A stretch of 64,000 bases of DNA from an uncultured delta proteobacterium (GCA_963806225.1 CAWDXG010000004.1:2304001-2368000), one strand, 5' to 3'. Positions 10,018-18,489 are shown, numbered from the stretch's first letter. The notes: a model not told the origin generated them from the letters alone. Numbers and translations are program-made.

Positions 10018-10497
10018 TCAGCGTTCCCGCCACGCCATCAGGTTCCTGAGCATCCAGGCGGTCTTGTCGTGGATCTGCATCCGCTGCAGCATCAGCTCGC
10101 AGGTCTGCTCGTCCTGCTCCTTGGCAGCAAGCTTGAAGACGGCGCGTGCAGTGCGGGCAACCGTCTCGTGTCCGTCCGCCAGGAGCTGGAGCATGCGATC
10201 CTGGTCCGGCAGCCCTGTGCCGTCCCAGATGCTCGAGAGAACGGCGAGGTTGTCGTGCGCCCTTGGCGTCGGGAATCCGAGCGACCGGATGCGGCTCGCG
10301 ATGGCCTCGACGGCAGGACGCACCTCTCCGTACTGCTCGAGGAAGATCAGGTCCAGCGTCTGGAGCGTCGGTCCCTCGATGTGCCAGTGGAACCTGTGGG
10401 TCCGGTGGTAGAGGCTGAAGGTATCGGACAGGATCTTCGCCAGACCGGCCGCGATCTCCTCGCGATATCCCTGACTGGTGATGGTGCCGATGTCCAT
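10018..10497 (-). CDS. Dps/ferritin-like protein with degenerate ferroxidase centre
   Basis: LYHRTHRFHWHIEGP, IASRIRSLG, HDKTAWML Dps-type motifs. Confidence 0.8.
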   Translation of the reverse strand: MDIGTITSQGYREEIAAGLAKILSDTFSLYHRTHRFHWHIEGPTLQTLDLIFLEQYGEVRPAVEAIASRIRSLGFPTPRAHDNLAVLSSIWDGTGLPDQDRMLQLLADGHETVARTARAVFKLAAKEQDEQTCELMLQRMQIHDKTAWMLRNLMAWRER

Positions 10498-10643
10498 GTC
10501 TCGCCTGACCCTTTCGCTCCACCGCGCGCCTACTGGTCCGCCGCCAGGTTCGCGAGGCGACGACCGCTGCACGTTTCAACAACTTCACGCAACGTCGAGA
10601 TTCCGCGGAGCACCCGCTGCATCGCTCTCCTGGTTCCTGCACT

Positions 10644-10659
10644 TGCACCGATCATGCCG
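10644..10659 (-). promoter_or_regulatory. Putative sigma54 promoter for the dps-like gene
   Basis: Minus strand CGGCATGATCGGTGCA, GG-N10-GC. Confidence 0.45.
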
Positions 10660-10868
10660 GCACCGGTGCGCTCGACGGGGATTGTGATACAGCGCGCGCA
10701 ACAGGGCGGTTTGTGCCGCCGGATTCGCATCGTGCGAAGCAGCGGCGACTTTTTCGCCAATCCGGAAACGAATCGCCAACGCCCCGATCGGCGCTAGCGC
10801 ACCGGTTCCGGCGCCGCGTCAGCGCCGGACTCACGGCGAGACGTTGCACGGCAGACATCGCTGTTCGC

Positions 10869-10884
10869 TGGCACACGCGATGCA
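10869..10884 (+). promoter_or_regulatory. Putative sigma54 promoter for the PilZ-GH44 operon
   Basis: TGGCACACGCGATGCA, GG-N10-GC, followed by RBS GAGGAG and ATG 10908. Confidence 0.6.
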
Positions 10885-10907
10885 CCTATGGACGAGCGAG
10901 GAGTCCA

Positions 10908-11243
10908 ATGGAACCACAGGAACGGCGTCTGGCAATGCGCGCGCAAATCGACTTCCCCGTGATCCAGCACGTGGACGGCTTCGGGCATGCGTGCCGGGGC
11001 ATCGATATCTCGTCCCGGGGCCTGGTGGTCCGGCGTCCAGCGCGTCTGCTCGAACGGGATCCCAGGCTCCTGTACTCGCTCGAGCTCCGCATCGGCGACC
11101 GTTCGATCCGCACGCTGGCACGCACCGTCTGGACCGAGGGACCGCTCCAGGCGATGCGCTACGTCGGAATGAGCGACGCCGATCGGCTCGAGATCGCCGA
11201 GGAGCTCGATCGGGCGCGCCGGGGGGGCGCGGTCCTTCACTAG
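10908..11243 (+). CDS. Single-domain PilZ protein
   Basis: ERRLAMR (RxxxR) and IDISSRG (DxSxxG). Confidence 0.8.
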   Translation: MEPQERRLAMRAQIDFPVIQHVDGFGHACRGIDISSRGLVVRRPARLLERDPRLLYSLELRIGDRSIRTLARTVWTEGPLQAMRYVGMSDADRLEIAEELDRARRGGAVLH

Positions 11244-11259
11244 CAGAAGCGAGGAACCC

Positions 11260-12867
11260 ATGGGTGTGAAGTCATCTGGCCTGGTGATGCTTGTCGCGGC
11301 GCTCGGCGTCGCATGTGGTTCGGGAAAGAGCACGCCCGCGACCGGGAGCGCTGGAGGCGGAGGCACCGACGGCGGGGCAGTGGTGGCGCTGGAGCTCACG
11401 GTGTCCCCGGACGAGGCACGGCACGCGGTGTCACCGCTCATCTACGGGGTCAACGGCACGAGCTCGGCGTCGAGCATGAAGGCGACGCTGATACGCTTCG
11501 GAGGTCACGGCAGCCCGGCCTACAACTGGGAGATCAATGCCACCAACCTCGGCCGGCTCGGCGGATACGAGAACCGTCCTGCCAGCGGGAGCAGCGCGCC
11601 AGGCGGAGCGGCCAAGGCCGTGCTCGACGAGGCCGCGAAGAACCAGGCGACCGGGGTCCTCACGGTACCGATCGGCGACTACGTTGCGGCCGACAAAAAA
11701 GCGGGCGACGTACGGGCGTCCGGCACGAGCTATCTGAAACAACGCTTCGACGCGAACAAGGCGACCAAGGGTACGGAGCTATCCGGGACGCCGGACCTGG
11801 CCGACGGCGCCGTCTACCAGGACGAGTTTGCGAGCTGGGCCAAGGCGGCAGCGGGCAGCACGCCGGTGCTGTTCGCCCTCGACAACGAACCAGCGCTCTG
11901 GTTCGAGGATCACCCCGAGATCCATCCGCAGCCGACCGGCTACGACGAGCTGGTACAGCGCGACACGTCGATGGCGAAGGCCATCAAGGCCGCCTGGCCC
12001 GGCGTGCCGATCCTCGGCTACGTCGGCTACGGCTGGCAGAGCTTCATGGATCTCCAGCAGTCACCCGATGCGAAGTCGAAGGGCGAGTTCTTGAGCTACT
12101 ACCTCGACAAGATGAAAGCGGCCGAGGCTGCCAACGGCGAGCGGCTGCTGGACTACCTGGACGTGCACTGGTGGCCGGAAGCAGAGGCCGCCGGGGTGAG
12201 AGTCATCGAAACGGGCGCGGTGCCGGAAGTGGCGGCGGCACGGCTACAGGCTCCCCGTGATCTGTGGGATCCAGACTACCAGGAGAACAGCTGGATCCAG
12301 AACGAGCTGGGCCAGGAGTCCATCCACATGATCCCGCGACTGAAGAGCGAGATCGCCACGCACTACCCCGGCACCAAGCTCTCGATCAGCGCGTGGTACT
12401 ACGGCGGCGGGGACGAAATCAGCGGAGCGATTGCCACAGCCGACGTGCTGGGGATCTTCGGGCGCGAAGGCGTGGATGCCGCGGCCATCGAGCTCTCGGG
12501 CGGCGACGACTCCTTCACGCTAGCCGCCTTCTCGGCGTACCTGGACTACGACGGCCACGGGGCACGCTTTGGCGACACGTCGGTCAGCGCAACCACCAAC
12601 GACCGCGTCGGCTCGTCGATCTACGCGAGCACGCAATCGTCCGACAACGCACGCCTGGTGATCATCGCGTTGAACAAGCTCGCCCAGCCGCGCCCGGCGA
12701 CGCTGACCATCGACAGCACGACGACCTACAAGTCCTGCCTCGTGTACACGCTGACGCAGGCCAAAGCGAACATGGCGCCGCACACGCGGCTCCTCTCGAA
12801 GAGCGGCAACTCGTTCGGATACGAGCTGCCAGCCCTGTCCGTGTCGGTGCTCGTGCCGCGGCCGTGA
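11260..12867 (+). CDS. GH44-family lipoprotein, probably catalytically inactive
   Basis: Lipobox GVAC; VSPLIYGVN, YNWE, VYQDEF, LDNEP, LDVHWWPE, DLWDPDY; the nucleophile position reads SISAW instead of SIxEY/W. Confidence 0.8.
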   Translation: MGVKSSGLVMLVAALGVACGSGKSTPATGSAGGGGTDGGAVVALELTVSPDEARHAVSPLIYGVNGTSSASSMKATLIRFGGHGSPAYNWEINATNLGRLGGYENRPASGSSAPGGAAKAVLDEAAKNQATGVLTVPIGDYVAADKKAGDVRASGTSYLKQRFDANKATKGTELSGTPDLADGAVYQDEFASWAKAAAGSTPVLFALDNEPALWFEDHPEIHPQPTGYDELVQRDTSMAKAIKAAWPGVPILGYVGYGWQSFMDLQQSPDAKSKGEFLSYYLDKMKAAEAANGERLLDYLDVHWWPEAEAAGVRVIETGAVPEVAAARLQAPRDLWDPDYQENSWIQNELGQESIHMIPRLKSEIATHYPGTKLSISAWYYGGGDEISGAIATADVLGIFGREGVDAAAIELSGGDDSFTLAAFSAYLDYDGHGARFGDTSVSATTNDRVGSSIYASTQSSDNARLVIIALNKLAQPRPATLTIDSTTTYKSCLVYTLTQAKANMAPHTRLLSKSGNSFGYELPALSVSVLVPRP

Positions 12868-12994
12868 ACCGTCTGTCCGCCCCGCGGGAAGAAAAAGAAG
12901 ACGAAAAGTTTGCGCCGCTACTTTCGCGCATTGCTAGCCGACACAGGTTATCTGCCAAGCTGGGAAGCCAGTTCTTCTTGGGGGGTGCCTGGCA

Positions 12995-14359
12995 ATGCAC
13001 AACGTCCGCGTCCTGATCGTGGAAGACGGGTTCAGTGCCGCTCATGCGCTGGCCGCAAGCCTGGCCCGCGACGGCTACGCCTATGAGCTGGTCGGCGGCA
13101 GCAGGGGGGCGCTGGAAACGATCAAGCGAGTGCCGTGCGATGTCATCGTCTGCCCGGTGCGGGCGAACGGCATGAACCGTTTCGAGCTGCTCGACCGCCT
13201 GAAGAGGACCCACCCCGAGGTGCAGGCCATCGTGGCCGGACAGCAGGGAACGATCGAGGAGGCCGTCGACGCCACGAAGCACGGCGCCTTCCACTACGTG
13301 GCCGAGCCCTTTGACCCTGGGGAGCTGCGTACGCTGGTCGTCCGGGCCATCGATGCGCAACATGCTCCGCCGCGCTTTTCCCACGGCGCACACGAAGCCC
13401 TCGAGGACCTGCCGGAGATCGTACAGGAGAGCCCGGCCATGCGTGCGCTCGGCGAAACGATCTCGCTGATCGCCGCGTCCACCGCCCCCGTACTCGTTCT
13501 GGGCGAGAGCGGGACCGGCAAGGAACGGGTGGCCCGTGCCATCCACGCACGCAGCGCGCGCCACGGGCGCCCCTTCGTGGCGCTCAACACGTCCGCCATC
13601 CCCGAACAGCTCCTGGAGAGCGAGCTGTTCGGCCATGTGCGGGGCGCGTTCACCGGCGCCACGCAGGCGCGCAAGGGGCTGCTCGCCGAAGCCGAGGGCG
13701 GGACGCTTCTGCTCGACGAGATCGGGGACATGCCGCTGGGCCTGCAGGCGAAGTTCCTCAGGGTGCTCTCGTTCAACGAGGCGCGCCCGGTCGGCAGCGA
13801 CCGCACGCGCCACGTCGACGTGCGGGTCATCGCAGCCACCCATCACGATCTGGACGCGCTCGTGAGAGAGGGGCGCTTCCGCGAGGATCTGCACTATCGG
13901 CTGAACGTGCTGCCGCTGGTGGTGCCGCCGCTGCGCGAGCGGCGCGAGGATGTGCGTCCGCTGGTGCGGGACTTCCTGGAAAACGCCCTGAGGCGGACTC
14001 CGCGCTCGCCGGTCGAGTCGATCAGCGACGCCGCGCTCGGCAAGCTTGAGCAGGCGCCCTGGCCGGGCAACGTACGCGAGCTGGAAAGCGCGATCGAACG
14101 GCTGGTTGTGCTGGGACGGAGCGCAACGGTCACGGAAGACGACCTGGCGTTCCTCGACGCTCCGGAGCCGCTTTCCAGAGCCGGATGGAAGAGCGCAACC
14201 GAGGAGCTGTGGACCCTGAAAGAGGTCAACGCCTGCTACGTCGCGTGGGTCCTGGCGCGAACAGGCGGCAACAAGGCGAAGGCCGCCGAGATCCTCGGCG
14301 TGGATCTTTCCACGCTCTACCGCTGGCAGCGCAGCTCGCGCATGCCCAAGGACAGCTGA
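12995..14359 (+). CDS. Sigma54-dependent enhancer-binding protein (NtrC family) with atypical receiver
   Basis: GESGTGKE, ESELFGH, GAFTGA, LLDEIG, RFREDLHYRL, WPGNVREL, C-terminal Fis HTH. Confidence 0.92.
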   Translation: MHNVRVLIVEDGFSAAHALAASLARDGYAYELVGGSRGALETIKRVPCDVIVCPVRANGMNRFELLDRLKRTHPEVQAIVAGQQGTIEEAVDATKHGAFHYVAEPFDPGELRTLVVRAIDAQHAPPRFSHGAHEALEDLPEIVQESPAMRALGETISLIAASTAPVLVLGESGTGKERVARAIHARSARHGRPFVALNTSAIPEQLLESELFGHVRGAFTGATQARKGLLAEAEGGTLLLDEIGDMPLGLQAKFLRVLSFNEARPVGSDRTRHVDVRVIAATHHDLDALVREGRFREDLHYRLNVLPLVVPPLRERREDVRPLVRDFLENALRRTPRSPVESISDAALGKLEQAPWPGNVRELESAIERLVVLGRSATVTEDDLAFLDAPEPLSRAGWKSATEELWTLKEVNACYVAWVLARTGGNKAKAAEILGVDLSTLYRWQRSSRMPKDS

Positions 14360-15658
14360 CTACTTGAGCGTCGAGTTCGTGACCTGAGCCGCGTTGTTCG
14401 ACTTGTAGAAGATACCCGGCAAGCCCTTGGTCTCGAACCCCTTGCTCGGGTTGTTCTCCAGGTCCGAGTCCTTGATGATCATCGAGCCGCTGCCGTCGTT
14501 CGACACGTAGAAGATGGCGCCGCCGCCCTCGTTGGCCGTGTTGTTGGTCATCTTCACGCCGCACAGGCTGAGCGTGTAGGTGTTGCCGTCGTTGTAGATG
14601 CCGCCGCCGCTGCCGCCGCCCGGCGTGCCGGCTTTTGCCGGGTTGGCGCCGTTGCCGATGGCGTTGTTATCCGAAAACAGGCTGTTGATAACCGTAAACG
14701 AGACGCCGATGCTGCTCAGCCCGCCGCCGTTCGAGCCGACGTTGCCGTAGCCCGCCTTGCCGCCGAACGTACTGTGCACGACGTAGACCGGCAGCGTGTT
14801 GTACTGGCTCAGCACGCGGACTGCCGCACCGCCCACGTCCGGTCCCGTCGCGTCGCACTTGTTGTTGAAGAAGCGGCTGTTGACGATCTTGAAGCGTCCG
14901 CCGCGCACGAAGATGGCGCCGCCCGCGCCTTCCGCGTCGGGAGACTTGTCGCCGGTGGCGTTGCCGTCGACGAACGTCAGGTTCTGCACCGTCAGGTGCG
15001 GGCTGTCCTGGTTCTGGCAGTGCGAGCTGGTCCACTTCTGCGCCTGGTCGCAGGTATTCATGTACAGGATGCGGTGCTTGCCGCCTCCGCTCAGCGTCAC
15101 CTTGCCGCCACCGTCGATGACGATCTCCGGCCCGGTGTCGTTCACGACCTTTGCCGTCGCAGTCAGCGTGATCTTCACCGGATCGGGACCGCAGTCGAAG
15201 GTGATGACACCGCCCTTGGCGACCGCGGCGACGAACGCCGCGGATGTGCAGCTCGCGGGCGTGCCGGTGCCGACGACGTGATCGGGGTTGGAGGTGTCCG
15301 CGGCCTGCGCCGCGGCCGGCACGGCACACTTGCCGTCCGGGTTGCCCGCGGGCGGACCACCGTCGGGATTGGTGTTCGGATTGCCGCCGACGCCACCGCC
15401 GCTGCCTCCGGTGCTCGTGCCCGCGCCGCTGCCTCCGGTGCTCGTGCCCGCGCCGCTGCCTCCGGTGCTCGTGCCCGCGCCGCTGCCTCCGGTGCTCGTG
15501 CCCGCGCCGCTGCCTCCGGTGCTCGTGCCCGCGCCGCTGCCGCCACTCGACGCGCCGGCGGCGCCGCCACCTCCTGCCGAGTTGCTGCTGCTTCCGCACG
15601 CCACCAACGCGCCGGCGGAGAGCACGGCACACAGGGACAAGACCAGCGTCTGCCTCAT
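14360..15658 (-). CDS. Secreted lipoprotein with Gly/Ser/Thr linker and probable beta-helix (pectin-lyase-like/Pmp-repeat) domain
   Basis: Lipobox LVAC; GGAI and FxxN repeats (GGAIFVRGG, FFNN, GGGIYNDG, GGAIFY). Confidence 0.7.
   Translation of the reverse strand: MRQTLVLSLCAVLSAGALVACGSSSNSAGGGGAAGASSGGSGAGTSTGGSGAGTSTGGSGAGTSTGGSGAGTSTGGSGAGTSTGGSGGGVGGNPNTNPDGGPPAGNPDGKCAVPAAAQAADTSNPDHVVGTGTPASCTSAAFVAAVAKGGVITFDCGPDPVKITLTATAKVVNDTGPEIVIDGGGKVTLSGGGKHRILYMNTCDQAQKWTSSHCQNQDSPHLTVQNLTFVDGNATGDKSPDAEGAGGAIFVRGGRFKIVNSRFFNNKCDATGPDVGGAAVRVLSQYNTLPVYVVHSTFGGKAGYGNVGSNGGGLSSIGVSFTVINSLFSDNNAIGNGANPAKAGTPGGGSGGGIYNDGNTYTLSLCGVKMTNNTANEGGGAIFYVSNDGSGSMIIKDSDLENNPSKGFETKGLPGIFYKSNNAAQVTNSTLK
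15398..15541. repeat. Perfect 27-bp tandem repeat x5.3 encoding GAGTSTGGS
   Basis: Unit GCCGCTGCCTCCGGTGCTCGTGCCCGC read directly. Confidence 0.95.
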
Positions 15659-15720
15659 CTTCGACCTCCGCCTGGCATCGTACACGCTTTGTCGCGAAGA
15701 TGTGGGCGCGGCGCGGAGGC

Positions 15721-16980
15721 TCACAAGGTGCGCACGGGACCTACAGCGTCGCCCGCTGCGAGCGGCCGTGCTGCGGGTCGCAGCGCCACGAGCCACGAAC
15801 CGAGCCCCAGCACGCCGACCGCGGTTGCGCCCGCCACGATGGGCAACGCGGAAGTCCCACGATACAGCCACGCGACTCCTGCGACAACGCCGGCCAGTCG
15901 TGAGAGCTCGAGCGGCAACGCCCAGCGCTTCGACTCGAACAGCCCACCCCAGGCAATAACCGACGCCAGGATCAATCCGCACAAGAGTGCCAGCACGGAC
16001 GTCCGCGCGCTCGCCGCGATCCACAGGAAGACGGTCGTCGCCGCCGTGACGATCACGAAGTTGACGACCACGTAGGCCGCGAGCCCACGTGAAACCGGAA
16101 GCTGGTACTTCTGCTGTGCGTCGCGGCTGGCTTCCGGCACGGTGACCGGACCGCCCAGGTCCGCCGGCTGCCACTCCGGCGGCATGAACCAGACCTTGAG
16201 CTTGTCGATGAAGCGCCGGCTCCGCCGCGCCATCGAGCCCATCTTCACCCAGTACTCGAGATTGGCCCAGAGCGGATTGAAGCTCGCGAGCGGCTTGACC
16301 GTGCCGTAGACGGGCTCCTGCTCTTCCTTCTGGAAGGTGCCGAACAGGCGATCCCAGATGATGAAGATGCCGGCGTAGTTCCTGTCCACGTACTCGGGGT
16401 TGACACCATGGTGCACGCGATGGTGCGACGGCGTGTTGAGCACCCACTCCAGTGGCCCGAGCGTTCCGACGGCGCGGGTGTGGATCCAGAACTGGTAGAG
16501 CGTGTTGAGCGTGCTCATGCCGACGAACATCAGCGGCGAGAAGCCGAGCACGGCCAGCGGCAGATAGAACAGCGGCGCCATCAGCGTCTCGATCCAGCTC
16601 TGCCTCAGAGCGACCGAGAGGTTGTACTCCTCGCTCTGGTGGTGGACGACGTGCGCCGCCCAGAACACGTTGATGCGATGACTGGCGCGGTGGAAGACGT
16701 AGTAGAAGAGATCCACCCCGAACAAGAGCGCCACCCAGGCCCCCACGGAATGGTTGGACACGGTCCAGAGCCGTGCGTGGTCGTACAGGAGCACGTAGCC
16801 GACGAGCCCGGCGCCCTTGAGGAACGGCCCGAGCACCTGCTGGCCGATGCCGCAGGACAGGTTCGTGATCGAGTCCTGGAAGTTGTAGCCGAGCTCGCCC
16901 TGGCGCCGCCGCACCCAGAGCTCCAGCCCGATCATCGCGAAGAAGAACGGGACGGCCAGGGCGATGTACTTCTCGTCCAT
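15721..16980 (-). CDS. Fatty acid hydroxylase/sterol desaturase family, alkylglycerol monooxygenase-like
   Basis: His boxes HRASH, HVVHH, WIH, HHRVHH; YNLSVALRQS and NYAGIFIIWDRLFGTF. Confidence 0.85.
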   Translation of the reverse strand: MDEKYIALAVPFFFAMIGLELWVRRRQGELGYNFQDSITNLSCGIGQQVLGPFLKGAGLVGYVLLYDHARLWTVSNHSVGAWVALLFGVDLFYYVFHRASHRINVFWAAHVVHHQSEEYNLSVALRQSWIETLMAPLFYLPLAVLGFSPLMFVGMSTLNTLYQFWIHTRAVGTLGPLEWVLNTPSHHRVHHGVNPEYVDRNYAGIFIIWDRLFGTFQKEEQEPVYGTVKPLASFNPLWANLEYWVKMGSMARRSRRFIDKLKVWFMPPEWQPADLGGPVTVPEASRDAQQKYQLPVSRGLAAYVVVNFVIVTAATTVFLWIAASARTSVLALLCGLILASVIAWGGLFESKRWALPLELSRLAGVVAGVAWLYRGTSALPIVAGATAVGVLGLGSWLVALRPAARPLAAGDAVGPVRTL

Positions 16981-17023
16981 GCTACGCGGGCAGCATAGCA
17001 CTGGGCCCGCGCGCGGCCGCCGC

Positions 17024-17545
17024 TCAGTAGCACTTGCGGAAGCGCGCGCTGCCTGACAACGCGTCGCAGTCGATGTCCAGCGACCCGTCGATGAGGTGAC
17101 CCGGCGCACCCGAGACCGCAGCGTGCGAGCGGTGCACGACGACCTGGAAGCGGCGGCAATGCGACCCGTCGAGCACGACGGGCTTGGCGCGACCAGGCAG
17201 TGAGACGCTGACGAGCCGACCGCGCGTCGGGTTCTGGATCACGCGCACGATGGGCTGCCGGTATTCGCTGCCGGTCAGGTACCAGTGAAAGCGCTGTTCG
17301 CGGTGCATCAGCTGTGCCCCCAGATATCCGGCCTCGATACCCGAGCTGCAGTAGTTGGGCGCCAGGGTGAAGTGCCCGAGCTCGCCGCCGTGGGCGGTGA
17401 GCGTGCCGTGCACGTCCGAACCACTGTGGTTCTCCATCAAGCTGAGCCCGACGAACGCGAACACGGCGAGCACGCTCACAAGGACGATCAGCAGCGATGT
17501 GCGTCGCGACGCCCTGCGGCGGGGTGGCTCCAGAGGGATTTCCAC
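17024..17545 (-). CDS. Hypothetical membrane-anchored protein (start uncertain: 17545 or 17596)
   Basis: ORF with one TM helix and a four-Cys extracellular domain. Confidence 0.6.
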   Translation of the reverse strand: MEIPLEPPRRRASRRTSLLIVLVSVLAVFAFVGLSLMENHSGSDVHGTLTAHGGELGHFTLAPNYCSSGIEAGYLGAQLMHREQRFHWYLTGSEYRQPIVRVIQNPTRGRLVSVSLPGRAKPVVLDGSHCRRFQVVVHRSHAAVSGAPGHLIDGSLDIDCDALSGSARFRKCY

Positions 17546-17578
17546 GCCGGGAGAGTAGCGGAGGGCTGCCGCCGAATA

Positions 17579-17658
17579 CGTAGCAAAATGCCACATAGTC
17601 GCGCCCATTTCGTAGACAATTGTCACGACCACATCCAGAAACGTGACATTTTGCTACG
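17579..17658. promoter_or_regulatory. Three copies of a 16-bp motif at 32-bp spacing (candidate operator/enhancer array)
   Basis: CGTAGCAAAATGCCAC (17579), CGTAGACAATTGTCAC (17611) and inverted GTGACATTTTGCTACG (17643), between divergent genes. Confidence 0.55.
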
Positions 17659-17798
17659 GCCTAACGGCCTGGGTTCGGCGGCACCGTTCATTGCCTACAG
17701 TTCCCTACCCTGCTAGATGCCTGCCCTTCTGCTGGCGAACGGACGCGGCACCACTTTGTGCGCTCGCTCCGCAGCAGCGCTCGGAAGGAGAGCAGCAC

Positions 17799-18431
17799 AT
17801 GATGAAGAAGGCGCTTCTACTTGGGGTTGTGACGATCAGCCTCGTGGGCTTGGGAACTGCGTGCGTGAGCACCACCACGGGTGGCGGCACCGGCGGCAGC
17901 GGCGGCGGACTGGCCGGCGCCGGTGGCATGGCGACCGGCGGCACCGGTGGCGGCACCGGCGGCATGAGCACGGGCGGCACGGGCGGCATGAGCACCGGCG
18001 GCACGGGCGGCATGAGCACCGGCGGCACCGGCGGCAGCTCGAATGTGACGCTCCCAACCGGTTGCGTCGCGAATCCCTCGCAGGTGCAGCTCGACTGCAA
18101 CCCCGTCACCAACGAAGGCTGCGACACCGCCGCCGGCCAGGCGTGCGACTTCAGCCAGAGCGGCTGGACCTGCTACGACCCGCCGAACGACGCGAAGTCG
18201 GGCGACACCTGCGACGTGGCGAACGGCCCCTACTGCCAGGGCACGCTGACCTGTGACATCCCGCCGAGCGACGCCGGTACGAGCGACGCCGGTGCGAGCG
18301 ACGCCGGTGGCGACGCTGGGCAGAACACGGTCGGCACCTGCAAGCACTACTGCTGCTCGGACAGCGACTGCAACGGCGGTACGTGCACGGCGTTCAACAC
18401 GCAGTTCGGCACGCTGGGTGTCTGCAACTAG
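17799..18431 (+). CDS. Cys-rich secreted lipoprotein with GGTGGMST linker repeats
   Basis: RBS GGAAGGAG, lipobox GTAC, CNPVTNEGC and many paired Cys. Confidence 0.8.
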   Translation: MMKKALLLGVVTISLVGLGTACVSTTTGGGTGGSGGGLAGAGGMATGGTGGGTGGMSTGGTGGMSTGGTGGMSTGGTGGSSNVTLPTGCVANPSQVQLDCNPVTNEGCDTAAGQACDFSQSGWTCYDPPNDAKSGDTCDVANGPYCQGTLTCDIPPSDAGTSDAGASDAGGDAGQNTVGTCKHYCCSDSDCNGGTCTAFNTQFGTLGVCN

Positions 18432-18454
18432 CCCGGTCTGATCCGTTTGAAACC

Positions 18455-18489
18455 GCGCCCGGCGTTTCGACGCCGGGCGCTTTTTCTTT
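18455..18489 (+). terminator. Rho-independent terminator
   Basis: Stem GCGCCCGGCGT / ACGCCGGGCGC, TTCG loop, then TTTTTCTTT. Confidence 0.85.

Noticed and set aside
17679..17762. Two sigma54-like sites (CGGCACCGTTCATTGC, CGGCACCACTTTGTGC)
   Set aside because: Both have GG-N11-GC spacing; sigma54 requires N10
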